A stretch of 64,000 nt of DNA, from positions 112,966,001 to 113,030,000 of the forward strand of contig NC_086097.1 in the NCBI RefSeq assembly GCF_963921235.1, given 5' to 3'. The position numbers and the translations under genes were made by a program. Source of the DNA: Mobula hypostoma (Eukaryota). The notes under the pieces are model-generated. The model was not told the DNA's origin, ran no database searches, and was given only the letters and a program-made list of their open reading frames with translations. Positions 12,660 to 25,489 of the stretch are shown piece by piece. The stretch's first letter is position 1. The number at the start of each line of letters is the position of its first letter.

Positions 12660-14645
12660 ATTTAGGTCTACAGCAGTTACAATCTCACTGAGTCTCCATT
12701 TGGCCTTGGATTACCTGGAAAACAGCAATACCTAGCTCAGGTTGCTAATTATCGACTACATCTCTGTTCAGCATCATTGTCCCCTCAGCAGAAATCAACA
12801 AGCTTGAAAATCTCAACTTCTGTACCTCCCTCTGCAACTGATTCATTGACTAGCTCATCAGGAGGCTACAGTCAGTGAAGCTTAGACATAATATCTCTGG
12901 TTCAACACATGCATATCTGAAGAATGTGTGCTTAGTCCACTGCTCTACTCTGTCTACACCTAAGACTGTGTGGCTATGCACAGTGCAAATGATGTCTATA
13001 AATTTGCCAATGACACAACTATTCTAGGCAGAAACTCAGATGGTGATGAGGAGACATACAAGAGTGAGATAGGTCAGCTGATTGAGTGGTGCTACAACAA
13101 CAATCTAGTGCTCAACATCAGTAAGACAAAGGAATTGATTGGGGACTTCAGGAATGCAAAGTCAAGAGAATGCACATCTGTCCTTATTAAGAGATCAGTG
13201 GAAAGGGTGAGCAATTTCAAGTTCCTGAGTGTCACCATCTTTGAAGATCAATCCTGAGCCCCAGATCGGTGCATAGGCCATGAGAAGAGGAGGCAGGAAG
13301 GACAGTCAGTTGGTGCACTCGGGGTTTGAGCTGTGAAGTCCAGTTATCAAGAATTTCGGAGGTCCATACCAATGATCTAAGACTGAAAGTCAATCAGAAA
13401 TCCAGAAGTCGTAGACTGCTTTTTGAAACTTAGATGCCCAGAGGCCCAGATACCAGTCTTGGAACTGAAGGACTGTCTGTGTGTGTGGGTGGAAGGGAAG
13501 ATGGGAGAGAGGAGAAGGGCTTGTTCTGTTGTTGTTGTTGTTTTGTTGCGGGTTGTGCTCTGTGTTATTCTGATGTGTTGAAATACAAGTACATGCAGGC
13601 CGCCTTTAGGTATGTTGGGTTGTTAACACAAACAACACATTTCATTTTATATTTCAATGTATATTTGATAAATAAATCTGTATCGGAAACTGGACCCAAC
13701 ACACTGGTAACTATATTTTATTAAGAGTCTGAGGAGATTTGGTATGTCACCAAAGACTCTAGCAAATTTATGCAGATGTACCATGGACAGCATTCTAACT
13801 GGTTGCATCATCATCTGGTATGGAGGGGCCACTCCACAGGAGCAGGAAATTCTGCAGAGGGTTGTAAACTCAGTCAGCTCTATATAGGCATTAGTTTTGC
13901 CAGCATCGAGGATGTCTACCTCAAGAAGGTGGCATCCGTCATTAAGGAACCTCACCACCCAGGATATGCCCTCTCCTCACTGCTACCATCAGGGAGGAAG
14001 TACAGGAGCCTGACAACATACACTCAATGTTTTAGAAACAGCTTCTTCCCCACCACCATCAGATCTCTGAAAGGTCCATGAACACTACACAATTTTGATC
14101 TCTTCTTGCACAACTTTTTTTAATATTTCATATTGTATCACAACTTTTTTAAATATTTCATATTGTATCGGGTAGATGGAACTTGTCAGCCTGGGAAGGC
14201 AGTCCATCTAAGAGAGGGAATCTCTGATTTCAAACTTCCACTGTCTTGCATCTATACCTACTCATGGGAAAGGCTTCGGTAGTAAACTCTGAGGACAAGT
14301 CCAGAGCTGGAGTCCCTAAGGCAGTCCGACATTGTCTTCAACCTCGATTTGGCAACTCCTGTAATGACACTGGTGCCAAGCTATATTGGCCCTTGCCCTT
14401 CCCTTGGACAATATTGGTGTCATGGAGAGAGGAGACTTGCTACATGGGCAACTGCCAGTCTTCCATACAACCTTGCCCAGGCCTGCGCCCTGGGGAATCC
14501 AGGCGCAGATCCACGGTCTTGCGAGACTAATGGATGCCACCATTGTATCTTATAATTCTTTAATATATCAGGAATTATACATTACTGCTGCCACAAAACC
14601 ACAGATTTCATAACAATGTCAGTGATAATAAACCTGATTCTGATG
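12660..14645 (+). mobile_element. Rex/Babar-type LINE RT and 3' end with nested insertions (~13260-13690 and 14170-14540)
   Basis: YKFANDTTILG, LNISKTKELI.DFR, FKFL.V.I, IKEPHHPG..L.SLLPSGRKYRSL; ends in ctgattctga tail. Confidence 0.85.
14170..14540 (+). mobile_element. Non-autonomous RTE-derived (bipartite head + tail) retroposon
   Basis: Head gggtagatgg...cagcctgggaaggcagtccatct and tail cacggtcttgcgagactaatggatgcc resemble RTE-clade 5' and 3' ends. attgtatc is repeated on both flanks. Confidence 0.55.
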
Positions 14646-16849
14646 TGAACTGATTGATTACCTGTACTGAGGTTGAAATAACATAAAATCTGTAACATTT
14701 ATGCCAAAATAAATTGTGACTATGATTTTTTTTTGTAAATTAAGATGGTCGTTTATTTTACAATCTAACATTAAAAAGATTTCATCTACATAGAAAATTG
14801 AGTACAGGTATTTTATTTGCATTTTAGCCTATCAGACAATCAAAACTCCATTCATAATTATTATTGTGTATATGTGTAAAGTATAGGTAATTCTCAGGAC
14901 CAACTGTGCACTTACTGGAACAAGGAAGAGAATAGTGTGTGTGTGGCAGATAAGTATGTTTGGTAGGAAGGTAGTGAAAAATGGAAAGGGCAAAGATAGA
15001 AGCAGGACAAATAAGATAACTAGATGACCCTAAGTTACCTTGATCTCAGCTATACAACGATTGCAATGAAAAGATATGCAATCCATCTGCTATTAGAGAT
15101 ACTCCCAAACTTTATTAGCTTTCCAACTGTGTGATTCCCTTAAATGTGGAGCAGACCAGTAGAACCTGAGTGTGTTCTGATATTTTATGAACATTCTCTA
15201 CATTGCAGTCGAACACTTTCCTGTATTTACCCTGTTTGTTGGAAATCGTTTCAGCTTAATTATATGTCTGTAGCTGGTTAAGTGGCAAGCAATACCCCTG
15301 TGTCACTTGGGACATGCATAAAATAGTCCAGAGAAACGTTAAGTATTTGGAAGAGTTTTCAAAGCCCCTTTTAATCTTCTGAAGGAAAATGTCAACATTT
15401 AACACTTGGGCAACACTTCACTCCCAGTGCACATTAGGGAAAGAATTCACATCAGGCTAAGTAAGACACTCATCTAGCCAATCACAGAATGACTGCCTCA
15501 CTTACCCTTCAGGGAACATCATCCACTCTAAAATCTTTGGGACCCAATAGTTCCCATATATCTCCCAACACTCCTCCAATGTTGACCAACTCTTACTTAC
15601 TCAGGTAATTACAGAAGCTAGCAAATTACTGCAAAGCAGAGTCAGGAGACAAATCATGTGCTCGTGGACGAACGCAAAACAGATTTTATAGGGATTCATA
15701 CTTTGAGTGCTTTCTCAGTGGGGGTGATAATTGAAACTTGCCAGATAACTTTATGTCAGCTTTATTTGCCATCCATTGCTGGCACATGCACACTTCAAAG
15801 TCAGAATCAATGTAAATTTATTTTCAACGTAGATATATGTTACCATATATGACCATGGGATTTATTGTCTTGCGGGTATTTACAGGAAAACAAACAAATA
15901 CAATAGAATTTATGAAAAGCTATACATAAACAAAGACTGACAAACAATCAATGTGCAAAAGAAGTCAAATTGTGGAAATCAAAAATAAATAATACTGAGA
16001 ACATGAGTTGTAAACAATCCTTGAAAGTGACTGTAGGTTGTGGAATCAATTCAGAGTTGTGGTGAGTGAAGTTATCCACACCAGTTCGGAAGCCTGAACA
16101 TGCATACACAGGTGTCAATGTATACAAGGTTACACATCCACAAATAACAGCCAGCTTTTCCTGTTAATCCACTGCAATCAAAAGGGAGAACAAAACAAAG
16201 GGGAGGGGAGAAAAATTATATATCCTAAATCTTTTCCTTAAGTTATTTCACAGTAATGGAGTAAGTCTTCATCACAGTAGGGAAAGCCAGGCCATCTTAG
16301 TTGGTCATCTTCTGTGCCAAGGCTTTTCTTCCTAGTTATCATTATTTTCTTCATGGTCTTCTCTGTCAGGCACCACTCCAAACAGTGTGACACCCATCTA
16401 GGAGATTTGCAGAACTATCGTGATAATGAAGAACTACCACAACTTGAATGATTGAGCACAGGAAAACTGGGACAGATTGTGATGGGCAAGGATCTGCTCT
16501 CTTTCTTAGTTTTTGATCTAAAAGCCATAGATCTTGACATTCCACAACATTCCAAGAGTGGTAGATATTGAATGAATGCCCTTGGAGAGGATTATATCTT
16601 TTTATATGCATAATTGACAGGGAACAATAACTACTTAGCATTTTTCAGTCATCTTGTTTGATTCACTAGTCCTAAACTCACTGCTGCTACAGTTTCTTCA
16701 CTGCACAAAGGTTTTATGAAAAATGCAGAAGATGCTCAGAACGATACTAAAGCTTATGTGAAAGTGAGGTGAAATTACAACACAGGACTATGTGCATGCT
16801 GAATGAGCAAAGAGAGCACACAACCAGGCTAAATGAGCTGAGAGTGAAC

Positions 16850-16985
16850 TGTCTTGATGAAGGGTCTTGGCCCGAAATGTTGACCATTTATTCCTCTCCA
16901 TAGATGTTGCTGACCTACTGAGCTCCTCCAGTATTTTGCGTGTGCTCCTCTGGATTTAAAGCATCTGCAAACTACCTTCTGTTTG
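16850..16985 (+). mobile_element. PLE terminal fragment with degenerate hammerhead motif
   Basis: gtc-TTGATGA-agggtcttggccc-GAAA-tgtt-gac followed by the family tail. Confidence 0.7.
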
Positions 16986-17254
16986 TGGAGCTGAACTGAT
17001 CAAAAAGCAGCTTTGAAAGCGTTACCACATTTGATTGTGAATGGTTATGGACAGTTAAATAGCTCGTAAGAAGGAAAGTGCCAGGAATATATCAAACTCA
17101 ATGACAGCAGAACCCAGCATGTAAAAAAGGCAGAAATAAATGCAGGTACCTTCAGGCAAAAGAACTCTGTGGATACTAATCTTGGTTTTGCTTGGATCCT
17201 CAATCTTTCAGAAGATATCTTTAGTCAATTCAATTTACTTCAATGTTTAAAGAT

Positions 17255-17550
17255 TTACAGACAAAGATTAGCTTTATTTGTCACATCAAAATATAGAGTG
17301 AAATCTTTCGCTTGTGTCAAATCAAATCAGCCCTGGATAGCCCACAAGTATATCAGCATGCTTCCAGTCCAGATGTAGCTGGCCCACAACTCACTAACCT
17401 AACGGTACGTTTTTGGAATGTGGGAGGAAACCAGAGGTCCTGGAAGCACCCAGAGCAAATTCACGTGGTCACGGGGAGAACTGACAAACTTCTTACAGAC
17501 AATGGCAGGAATTGGAGCACAATCAGTAATTACTGGCACTGCAATAAAGT
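17255..17550 (-). mobile_element. V-SINE (HE1-like)
   Basis: Reverse complement contains ttctccccgtgaccacgtg...tgggtgcttcc...ggtttcctcccacattccaaaa (V domain). Confidence 0.7.
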
Positions 17551-17704
17551 CTCTACTCTGGCATGCTTGCAACTTAACCAGTGCAGGGCCATGGAAAATG
17601 CACTGAGAACTCTCTCTGTAAATATACTGTATATTGTAATCTTAGGCTGTCCGTTTACTCTGCATATTTTATTGTTGTGTGAAAAAAGTAGAATAAACTT
17701 ATAA

Positions 17705-18012
17705 TTTATACTTTATTGTTGCCAGTACTAGAACATACAATCATCACAGCGATATTTGATTCTGCGCTTCCCACTCCCTGGATTACAAATTTTAAATATT
17801 AAAAATAGTAAATATTAGTAAATATTAAAAATTTAAATTATAAATCATAAATAGAAAATAGAAAAATGGAAAGTAAGGTAGTGCGAAAAAACTGAGAGGC
17901 GGGTCCGGATATTTGGAGGGTACGGCCTAGATCCGGGTCAGGATCCGTTCAGCAGTCTTATCACAGTTGGAAAGAAGCTGTTTCCAAATCCGGCCATACA
18001 AGTCTTCAAGCT
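17705..18012 (-). mobile_element. Young LINE 3' fragment (Rex/Babar-like)
   Basis: CpG-retaining; minus strand encodes ..RFGNSFFPTVIRLLN, then 3' UTR with aataaa. Confidence 0.65.
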
Positions 18013-18284
18013 TAAAACAGAAAATAAAACCATTAACACAATTTTTATTGTTTCATAAAATATAATATGAAGGTTACATCTGAAAAGCTGTACTGTACTT
18101 TCATTTACATCTAATGTTGTTAAAACATAGGTATATATAATGAAGCTTAAACATATTATTGGTGCAAGTCCACTTCCAAAGTATTGTAATGGGCAATTAG
18201 TTTATATCAGAGTTGGCACTGTCAGTACATCAGCAGCAAAGAAGGTTGATTAACTATGTTAGTTTGTTCCCAACTAGTTTTCTC

Positions 18285-18755
18285 ATAGTAGTAGCAGTGC
18301 GATCACTCGAGCCGAGTGTGATGTTCTTCAGAGAAGTTGTCTATTGGTGGGTCCTCCGTTGGTGGTAGAGGCAGATCCAGGATCTTCATTATCAGGTAGT
18401 TAGGGTGAATTTCCTAATGTAGAACATCTGTGTGTGACCTTGTTTGATGTAGGAAGGCTGATACACAGGAAGTCACTACATGCTCCTTGAGAGATCGGAG
18501 TCAGGGTCCAGCGACATGCAATCTAAGGCAACTGGCGACCATTCACTGCTGCAGTCTTCTTCTGCTTTCATCTTCCACCAGCTCCACGGGTGAGGACTTG
18601 GTTGGATCACTCTTTGTCTGATATCTCCTTCTTGATCTTACCGCCATGGGTGACCCTACCAAGAGATAAGTGCCACTTGGGTAACTCCTGATGGCATCGT
18701 TTTCGAGATCTCAAGAACTCACCAGCCTCCCCACCACAACAAGACAATCCTCAGT
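18285..18755 (-). mobile_element. Non-autonomous RTE (Rex3/Expander-like) head + tail element
   Basis: Minus strand gtggtggggaggc...ggtagggtcacccatggcggtaag...cagacaaagag matches the Rex3/Expander-type 5' UTR pattern; ends in a (CTA)n-like tail. Confidence 0.55.
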
Positions 18756-18979
18756 TGTTCAGTTTTCTCAACTTCTCTTTGATCCACTGTTCCAAGAAGC
18801 TTGCTTCATTGAGTATATTTTTTCCTTTGTTTGTTTATTAGATTAAAAAAAATTAATTTCTTGCATTGTAATAAAATCCCTTTATTCCAATCCTGCAGCT
18901 ATATTTCTTGTAAGCTAAGTACACATATCAATTCTCTCTTTGATTTCCTTCTCTTCTTCTGTGCTTCATCATCTGTGCC

Positions 18980-19205
18980 AGGACCATCAGGCTCCAGGAC
19001 AGTTTCTTCCACCAGGCCATCTGATGCTTAATTCATGCTGACGCAACTGTATTTCTATGTTATGTTGACTATCCTGTTGTACATAATATTTATTATAAAT
19101 TACTATAATTGCGCATTGCACATTTGAATGGAGATGTAACATAAAGATTTTTACTCCTCATGTATTTGAAGGATGTAAGTAATAAAGTCAATTCAATTCA
19201 ATTCT
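18980..19205 (+). mobile_element. Rex/Babar-like 3' end with (CAATT)n tail
   Basis: caggctcc..gacagtttcttccaccaggccatc...aataaagtcaattcaattcaattc; related copy at 28785-29978. Confidence 0.7.
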
Positions 19206-19214
19206 TGTTTCTTC

Positions 19215-19520
19215 TGTCAGGATATGCAAAGGAGGCATGACACAAAAGCAGAGAAGCAGACTCAAATAGGCACTAAATGACACTTTACTAATAAACCAGA
19301 AAATAACAAACCACGAGAGACCACAAAATAAGAGAGAACAGGCACTCAACACTTCAGTCAAAAAGGGAACTGAAGACCAGGAGCAACTGGTTGAGGCTAG
19401 ATCATTGAATGGGTGAACAAGGACCATGGGTGTGAGCTGGGTTGAAATAGGCTGCAGGTGATGAGTGAAAATGAAGTGACCCCTGTTGGCTGGATGGAGA
19501 CTGGGAGGAGCCTGTATGTA
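19215..19520 (-). mobile_element. Possible solo LTR
   Basis: TGTCA...TACA termini, TATA-like cctatttcaacc and attagtaaa on the minus strand. No clear TSD. Confidence 0.35.
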
Positions 19521-21220
19521 CAACTCGTTGAAATATCTCCACAATCTCTTTATCAAAGGATTGATAAACAACTGGCACTTTGTCATCAATATTCATTGAT
19601 GTACCAGGGAGCACTCAGTAAATAAACTTTGTACACACACCCACAAATATTGCCTTGTCATTCTGCTGCCATCCTGCTCAGTGTGCACACTTCAATGTCT
19701 TCCTTGGTATATCCTCATAATGGATTGGCTTTATGGTACCTTTCCCACCATACATGGGGGAATATGCTATTTATTTAGTGCTGGGGATGTGTAAATATGT
19801 ATATGTTGTTTGTATACTGGATTTAAGGTAGTTACTTCTGTTTACTTTGTAATATGATTGTTACTACATTGTGGGGTGCATCATATTCTGATTCATGTGT
19901 AGTCTCGTTAACTTTATGGGTAGTTGAAGATGCTATGTCCTGGTGCATAATAAATGGGGAAGCTCATTCTCAGTATTAGAAAGAGTGAGATCGACCTGTC
20001 ACACTGGACAGAGTATAGAGCTATCATTGTGTTTTCTGGTAGATATCTTTTTTGTAAATATTGGCAGTTTTCCTTTTGCTAATGTCTGCAAATTTGATTT
20101 TTGATGCACCTACTAAACGCCCTTGCACGAAAGTACTATGCAATACAGCCATTCTTTTCCCTTTGGTTGAAATCCACTCCATTGGATTTTCTTCTTTTAC
20201 ACCATTGGTTACTTTATGACGCAGAGAGTCCATCATACCTTTAGAGTACACCAGCTATTCTCAGATTTCTGACCCCACTCAAAAATCTAAATGCACCAAA
20301 TTTCAAATTATCATTCTCTTCCTCAAACATTAAACTTGGCCACAGTTACTGCCAGCCACCCAGTGTACATTTGACAACATTATCCCAGCATGAAGCATGT
20401 GACCACATGATATAAATTAGAATAAATTCCTTTATGAATGATGCAACTGGCTTCCCAATATTCATTGCAATGAGCAAACACTGCATGAACTTTAATCTAT
20501 ATTTACACTTCCATGAACACATTATGCCCTGGTCACAGAGATCAGTCAAAGTAGTACCGTTAAAAGGTAAATATATTCCAATAATACTATCTTCAACAAA
20601 AAGTTATGCTTTGGCCGAGCAGAACAATTACTGAAAAGCGAAGTATTTTACACTCTAGGTCAAGGCCAGAGTTGTAGAATGCTCCAACTTTCAGTACAAA
20701 ATATATTTTCAAACTACTGAAGATAGTTTCATTGTTATCTACCCTTTTCTGTAGACACTGTAGATAACAGAAAAACATGTTCAGCCCTTTCAAAGACCTT
20801 TGGGTGCACACTTCTATTGATTAATATGAGATTACACCTATATGTGCCAGTTCCATTGTTACAGCCAAGAATTCAGAGTCTTTTCACAGAACACTATATT
20901 CCAATTGGCACCTCCTAAGAGTTTTCTCCATGCCATGCAATTCAAATGGTCTCATCGGTGTTATACACCTGACGTAAATTTTCCAGTGCCACTAACTAAC
21001 CAAATTCAACAGCTCATGATGAAATGTGATAAAACATCTCACCAAACTGCTCACACCACCATTGCATCTAAGTATATAACTTTATAACTGCATTATTTAT
21101 TTGTCTGCTCTTCCAATTTCCAAGACAATGTTTTCCAACATTCTGGGCATTAAAAAAATAAAAAAAATGCTCTTTTAAAGTCATAAATAATTTAAGGGAC
21201 AATACAGTACCACAAAACAT

Positions 21221-23770
21221 AAGACTATAAGACCATAAGACACAAGACCTGAATTAAGTCATACAGCCCATCGAATCTGCTCCACCATTTTATCATGGCT
21301 GATCCCGGATCCCACTCAACCCTATACATCTGCCCTCTTGCCAAATCTTTTGATGCCCTGACTGATCAGGAAACAATCAACCTCCACCGTATATATATCC
21401 GCAGACTTGGCCTCCACCACAGTCGGTGGCAGAGCATTTCACAGGTTCACTACTCTCTGGCTAAAAAAAATTCCTCCTTACCTCTGTTGTAAAAGGTCCC
21501 CCCTCAATTTTGAGGCTGTGCCCTCCAATCCTGGATACCCCCACCACAGGAAACATCCTCTCCACATCCACCCTATCTAGTCCTTTCAATATTCGGTAGG
21601 TTTCAGTGAGATTCACCCCCAAAAAAACTGTCTAAATTCCAGTGAGTACAGGCCCAAAGCTGCCAAATGCTCCTCATATGTTAACTCCTTCATTCCCGGA
21701 ATCATCCTCGTGAACCTCCTCTGGACTCCCTCCAAAGACAACACATCTTTTCTGATACATGGGGCCTAAAACTGTTGACAATACTCCAAGTGTGGCCTGA
21801 CGAGTGTCTTAAAAAGGCTCAGCATTATCTCCTTGCTTTCATAATCTATTCCCCTTAAAATAAATGCTAACATTGCATTTGCCTTTTTTACCACAGACTC
21901 AACCTCTAAATTAACCTTCTGGGAGTCTTGCACGAGGACTCCTAAGTCCCTCTGCACCTCTGATGATTGAACTTTCTCCCCATTTAGATAATAGTTCGCA
22001 CTATTGTTTCTTTTACCAAAATGCATTATCATACATTTCCCAACACTGTATTTCATCTGCCACCTTTTTGCCCATTCTTCCAATTTGTCTAAGTCCTGCT
22101 GTAATCGCATTGTTTCCTCAGCACAACCTATCCTTCCACCTATCTTCGTATCATTCACAAACTTGGCCACAAAGTGATCAGTTCCATTATCCAAATCACT
22201 GAGAAATAATGTGAAAAGTAGTGGTCCCAATACTGACCTCTGAGGAACACCACTAGTCATCAGCAGCCAATTAGAAAAAGCACCTTTTGCTCCCACTCAC
22301 TGCCTCCTGCCTATCAGCAATTCCACTATCCATGTCAGTATCTTTCCTGTAACACCATAGGATTTTATCTTGTTAAGCAGCCTCATGTGTGACACCTAAT
22401 CAAGTGCCTTCTGAAAATCCAAGCAAGTGACATCCACTGCCTCTCCTTTGTCCACCCTGCTTGTTACTTCCTCAAAGAACTCTAACAGATTTCTCGGGCA
22501 AGATCTCTTTTTTCAGAAACAATACTGACTTTGACTTATTTTATAATTAGTCACCAAGTACCTCGAAACCTCATCCTTAATAATAGACTCCAACACTTCC
22601 CCAACCTCTGAGGTTAGGCTAACTGGCTTTCTTTTGTCTTCCTCCCTTCTTAAAGAGTGGAGTGACATTTGTAATCTTCCATTCCTCTGGTACAATACCA
22701 GAATCAAGTGATTCTTGAAAGATCATGATCAATGCATCTGTTATCTCTTTAGCAACCTCTCTCAGGACTCTGGGATGTAATTCATCTGGTCCAGGTGACT
22801 TACTTACCTTAAGACTTTTGAGTTTGCCTGGTATTTCTTCCTTTATAATAGCAATGGCACTTAATCCTGCTCCCTGACACTCACGAACCTCTGGCACACT
22901 GCTTGTGTCTTCCACAGTGAAGATTGGTGCAAAGTACACATTAAGTTCATCTGCCATTTCTTTGTCCCCCATTACTACCTCACTAGCATGATTTTCCAGT
23001 GGTCCAATATCAACTCTCACCTCCCTTTTACTATTTATATAACTGAAAAACTTTTAGTGTCTTGCTTAATATTATTGGCTAGTTTGCCCTCATATTTCAT
23101 CTTTTCCCTTCTTACAGCTTTTTTTGGTTGCCTTTTGTTGAATGTTAAAAGCCTTCTAATCATCCAACTTCATTTTTGCTACCCTATATGCCCTTTCCTT
23201 GGCTATCATGCAGTCCTTAACTTTCTTTGTCAGCCACAGTTGTCTATCCTTGCGATTCGAAAACTTCTTCCTCTGTGGGATGTATCTATCCTGCGCCTTG
23301 TGAACTATTCACAGAAATTTCAGCCATCTCTGCTCTGCCATCATCCCCATAAGTATCATAGTCCAATCTACCTAGGCAAACTCCTTTCGCATCCCTCTGT
23401 AATTCCATTTATTCCATCGCGAAACTGATACATATGACTTATGCTTCTCCCTCTCAAATTCCAGTATGAATTCAATCATATTATGATCACTGGCTTCTAA
23501 AGGTTCCTTTACATTAAGCTCCCTAATAAGATCTAGTTTATTACACATCACCAATCTAAGATAGCCTTTCCCCTAGCAGGCTCAAGCACAAGCTGCTCTA
23601 AAAAGCCATCTTATTGGCATTCAATAAATTCCCTCTCCTGCGACCTGACACCAACCTGATTTTCCCAATCCCCTTGCATATCGAAGTGTCCCATTACAAA
23701 TGTGACATCGCCCTTATTATATGTCTTTTCCAGCTCCCTTTGCAATCGCAACCCCACATGTTGGCTACTA
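21221..23770 (-). mobile_element. Degenerate CR1 LINE (endonuclease C-terminus, RT, 3' tail)
   Basis: [54 protein letters not shown]; (taagacca)n tail at the left end. Confidence 0.95.
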
Positions 23771-24000
23771 GAGATCAAAAATATTGGGGTTGTGTTCATG
23801 GTGTCATTGTCTGTTCTGAAATTTCATGCCAGAAGGGAACAAGCTGCTTCTAAAATGTTGAGTGTGTGTCTTCTGCAAACTAACGGCACAAGATTCAAAA
23901 GATTCTGTGCCTCTGAGTTTCAGATCCGAGTTTCATACCATATAAATTTAGAAACTGAAAGCACTGAATTTAACTAAGGCCAATTGGACCAGACAACGTT

Positions 24001-24622
24001 AAGACCATAAGATATAGGAGCGGAAGTAGGCCATTTGGCCCATCAAGTCCGCTCCGCCATTCAATCATGGGCTGATCCATTTCTTCCAGTCATTTCCACT
24101 CCCCTGCCTTCTTCCCATACCCTCTGATGCCCTGACTAATCAAGAACCTATCTAACTCTGCCTTAAATGCACCCAATGACTTGGCCTCCACAGCCACTCA
24201 TGGCAACAAATTCCACAGATTTACCACCCTCTGATTAAAGCAATTTCTCCGCACCTCTGTTCTAAAGTCATGCCCCTACCATGGGAAATAACTTTGCCAT
24301 ATCTAACCTGTTCAGGCCTTTTAACATTCAGAATGTTTCTATGAGATTCTCCCTCATTCTCCTGAACTCCAGGGAATACAGCCCAAGAGCTGCCAGACAT
24401 TCTTCATATAGTAACCCTTTCATTCCTGGAATCATTCTCGTGAATCTTCTCTGAACCCTCTCCAATGTCAGTATACCCTTTCTAAAATAAGGAGCCCGAA
24501 ACGGCACACAATACTCCAAGTGTTGTCTCACGAGTGCCTTATAGAGCCTCAACATCACATCCCTGCTCTTTTATTCTATACCTCTAGAAGTGAATATCAA
24601 CATTGCGTTCGGCTTCTTCACC
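24001..24622 (-). mobile_element. CR1 LINE 3' fragment
   Basis: LYKALVRQHLEYCVPFRAPYFRK..LERVQRRFTRMIPG. Confidence 0.9.
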
Positions 24623-24999
24623 TCTGTCTCTTAACTTCTCGGGAGATGCCCTCCAGAACTTTTCATAACCTTGCTACATGACTCCAGTAGAGTTATACAA
24701 TTATCATCCATTCAACAATGTGAAAAATTGCACAGAGACATGTAGGTTATAAAAAGCAAAACAAATTCAATCCAGCTAATTACTGAATGAATCAGAAATG
24801 AGTCAGTGCTATCAAGTGACACCTACCAATAACCTGCTCACATGCACAAAACCACTCTACTACACATCTCATTGCAGCCTTGGTAAAGAAAGCATATAGA
24901 CCTTGGGAACGGATTCTATATATGAGGTGAGGTGGACTGGCCATGTCAGTAAAGCTTTGACTGAATGCAAAATCATCTGGGCCCGAGTAAACAAGGGAA

Positions 25000-25450
25000 G
25001 TCCATGAGCATCTGGGAAAACACTGGTTCAGCTGATCGCTCACACACAGACGGTTGGGGTAGTTGTTTGTTAATTGTCCCAGTCTCGGGTACTCCTCGAG
25101 GCAGTATCCTTCACCTGATAAGCTTCAACTGCTTTAATAATGACTTTCCATCCATCACAAAGGTCAGAAGAAGAGATGTTTGCTGATGATTTCTCAATTT
25201 TCACAGCTTTTAAGAAAATCAAATGGTCCATGACAAAGAGTGGGAATAAGATTCAGAAATGAACTGATAAGTGGCATGGCACGTAACACTCATGACATTT
25301 AAGTGTGAAAGCAATGAACACCTTTGACAGGTAACTATCATCTCTTGACATCCAAAATCATTGCTTCACTGGAACCCATTGTCATCATCCTGGGGTTCAC
25401 CACTGACCATAAACTCGGCTGGATCAGCTATATAAGTATAGATCTCGCGA
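25000..25450 (+). mobile_element. Old non-LTR RT fragment (CR1/L2 group)
   Basis: SGTPRGSIL..CFNNDFPSI...FADD remnant. Confidence 0.55.
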
Positions 25451-25489
25451 GCCAGTTAAAAACTGGGCTTACTCCACCTCGGCGAGTCT

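Noticed and set aside
19900..21150. Non-repetitive-looking stretch as coding or conserved element
   Set aside because: Only short ORFs with no recognisable motif; cannot be supported without alignment.
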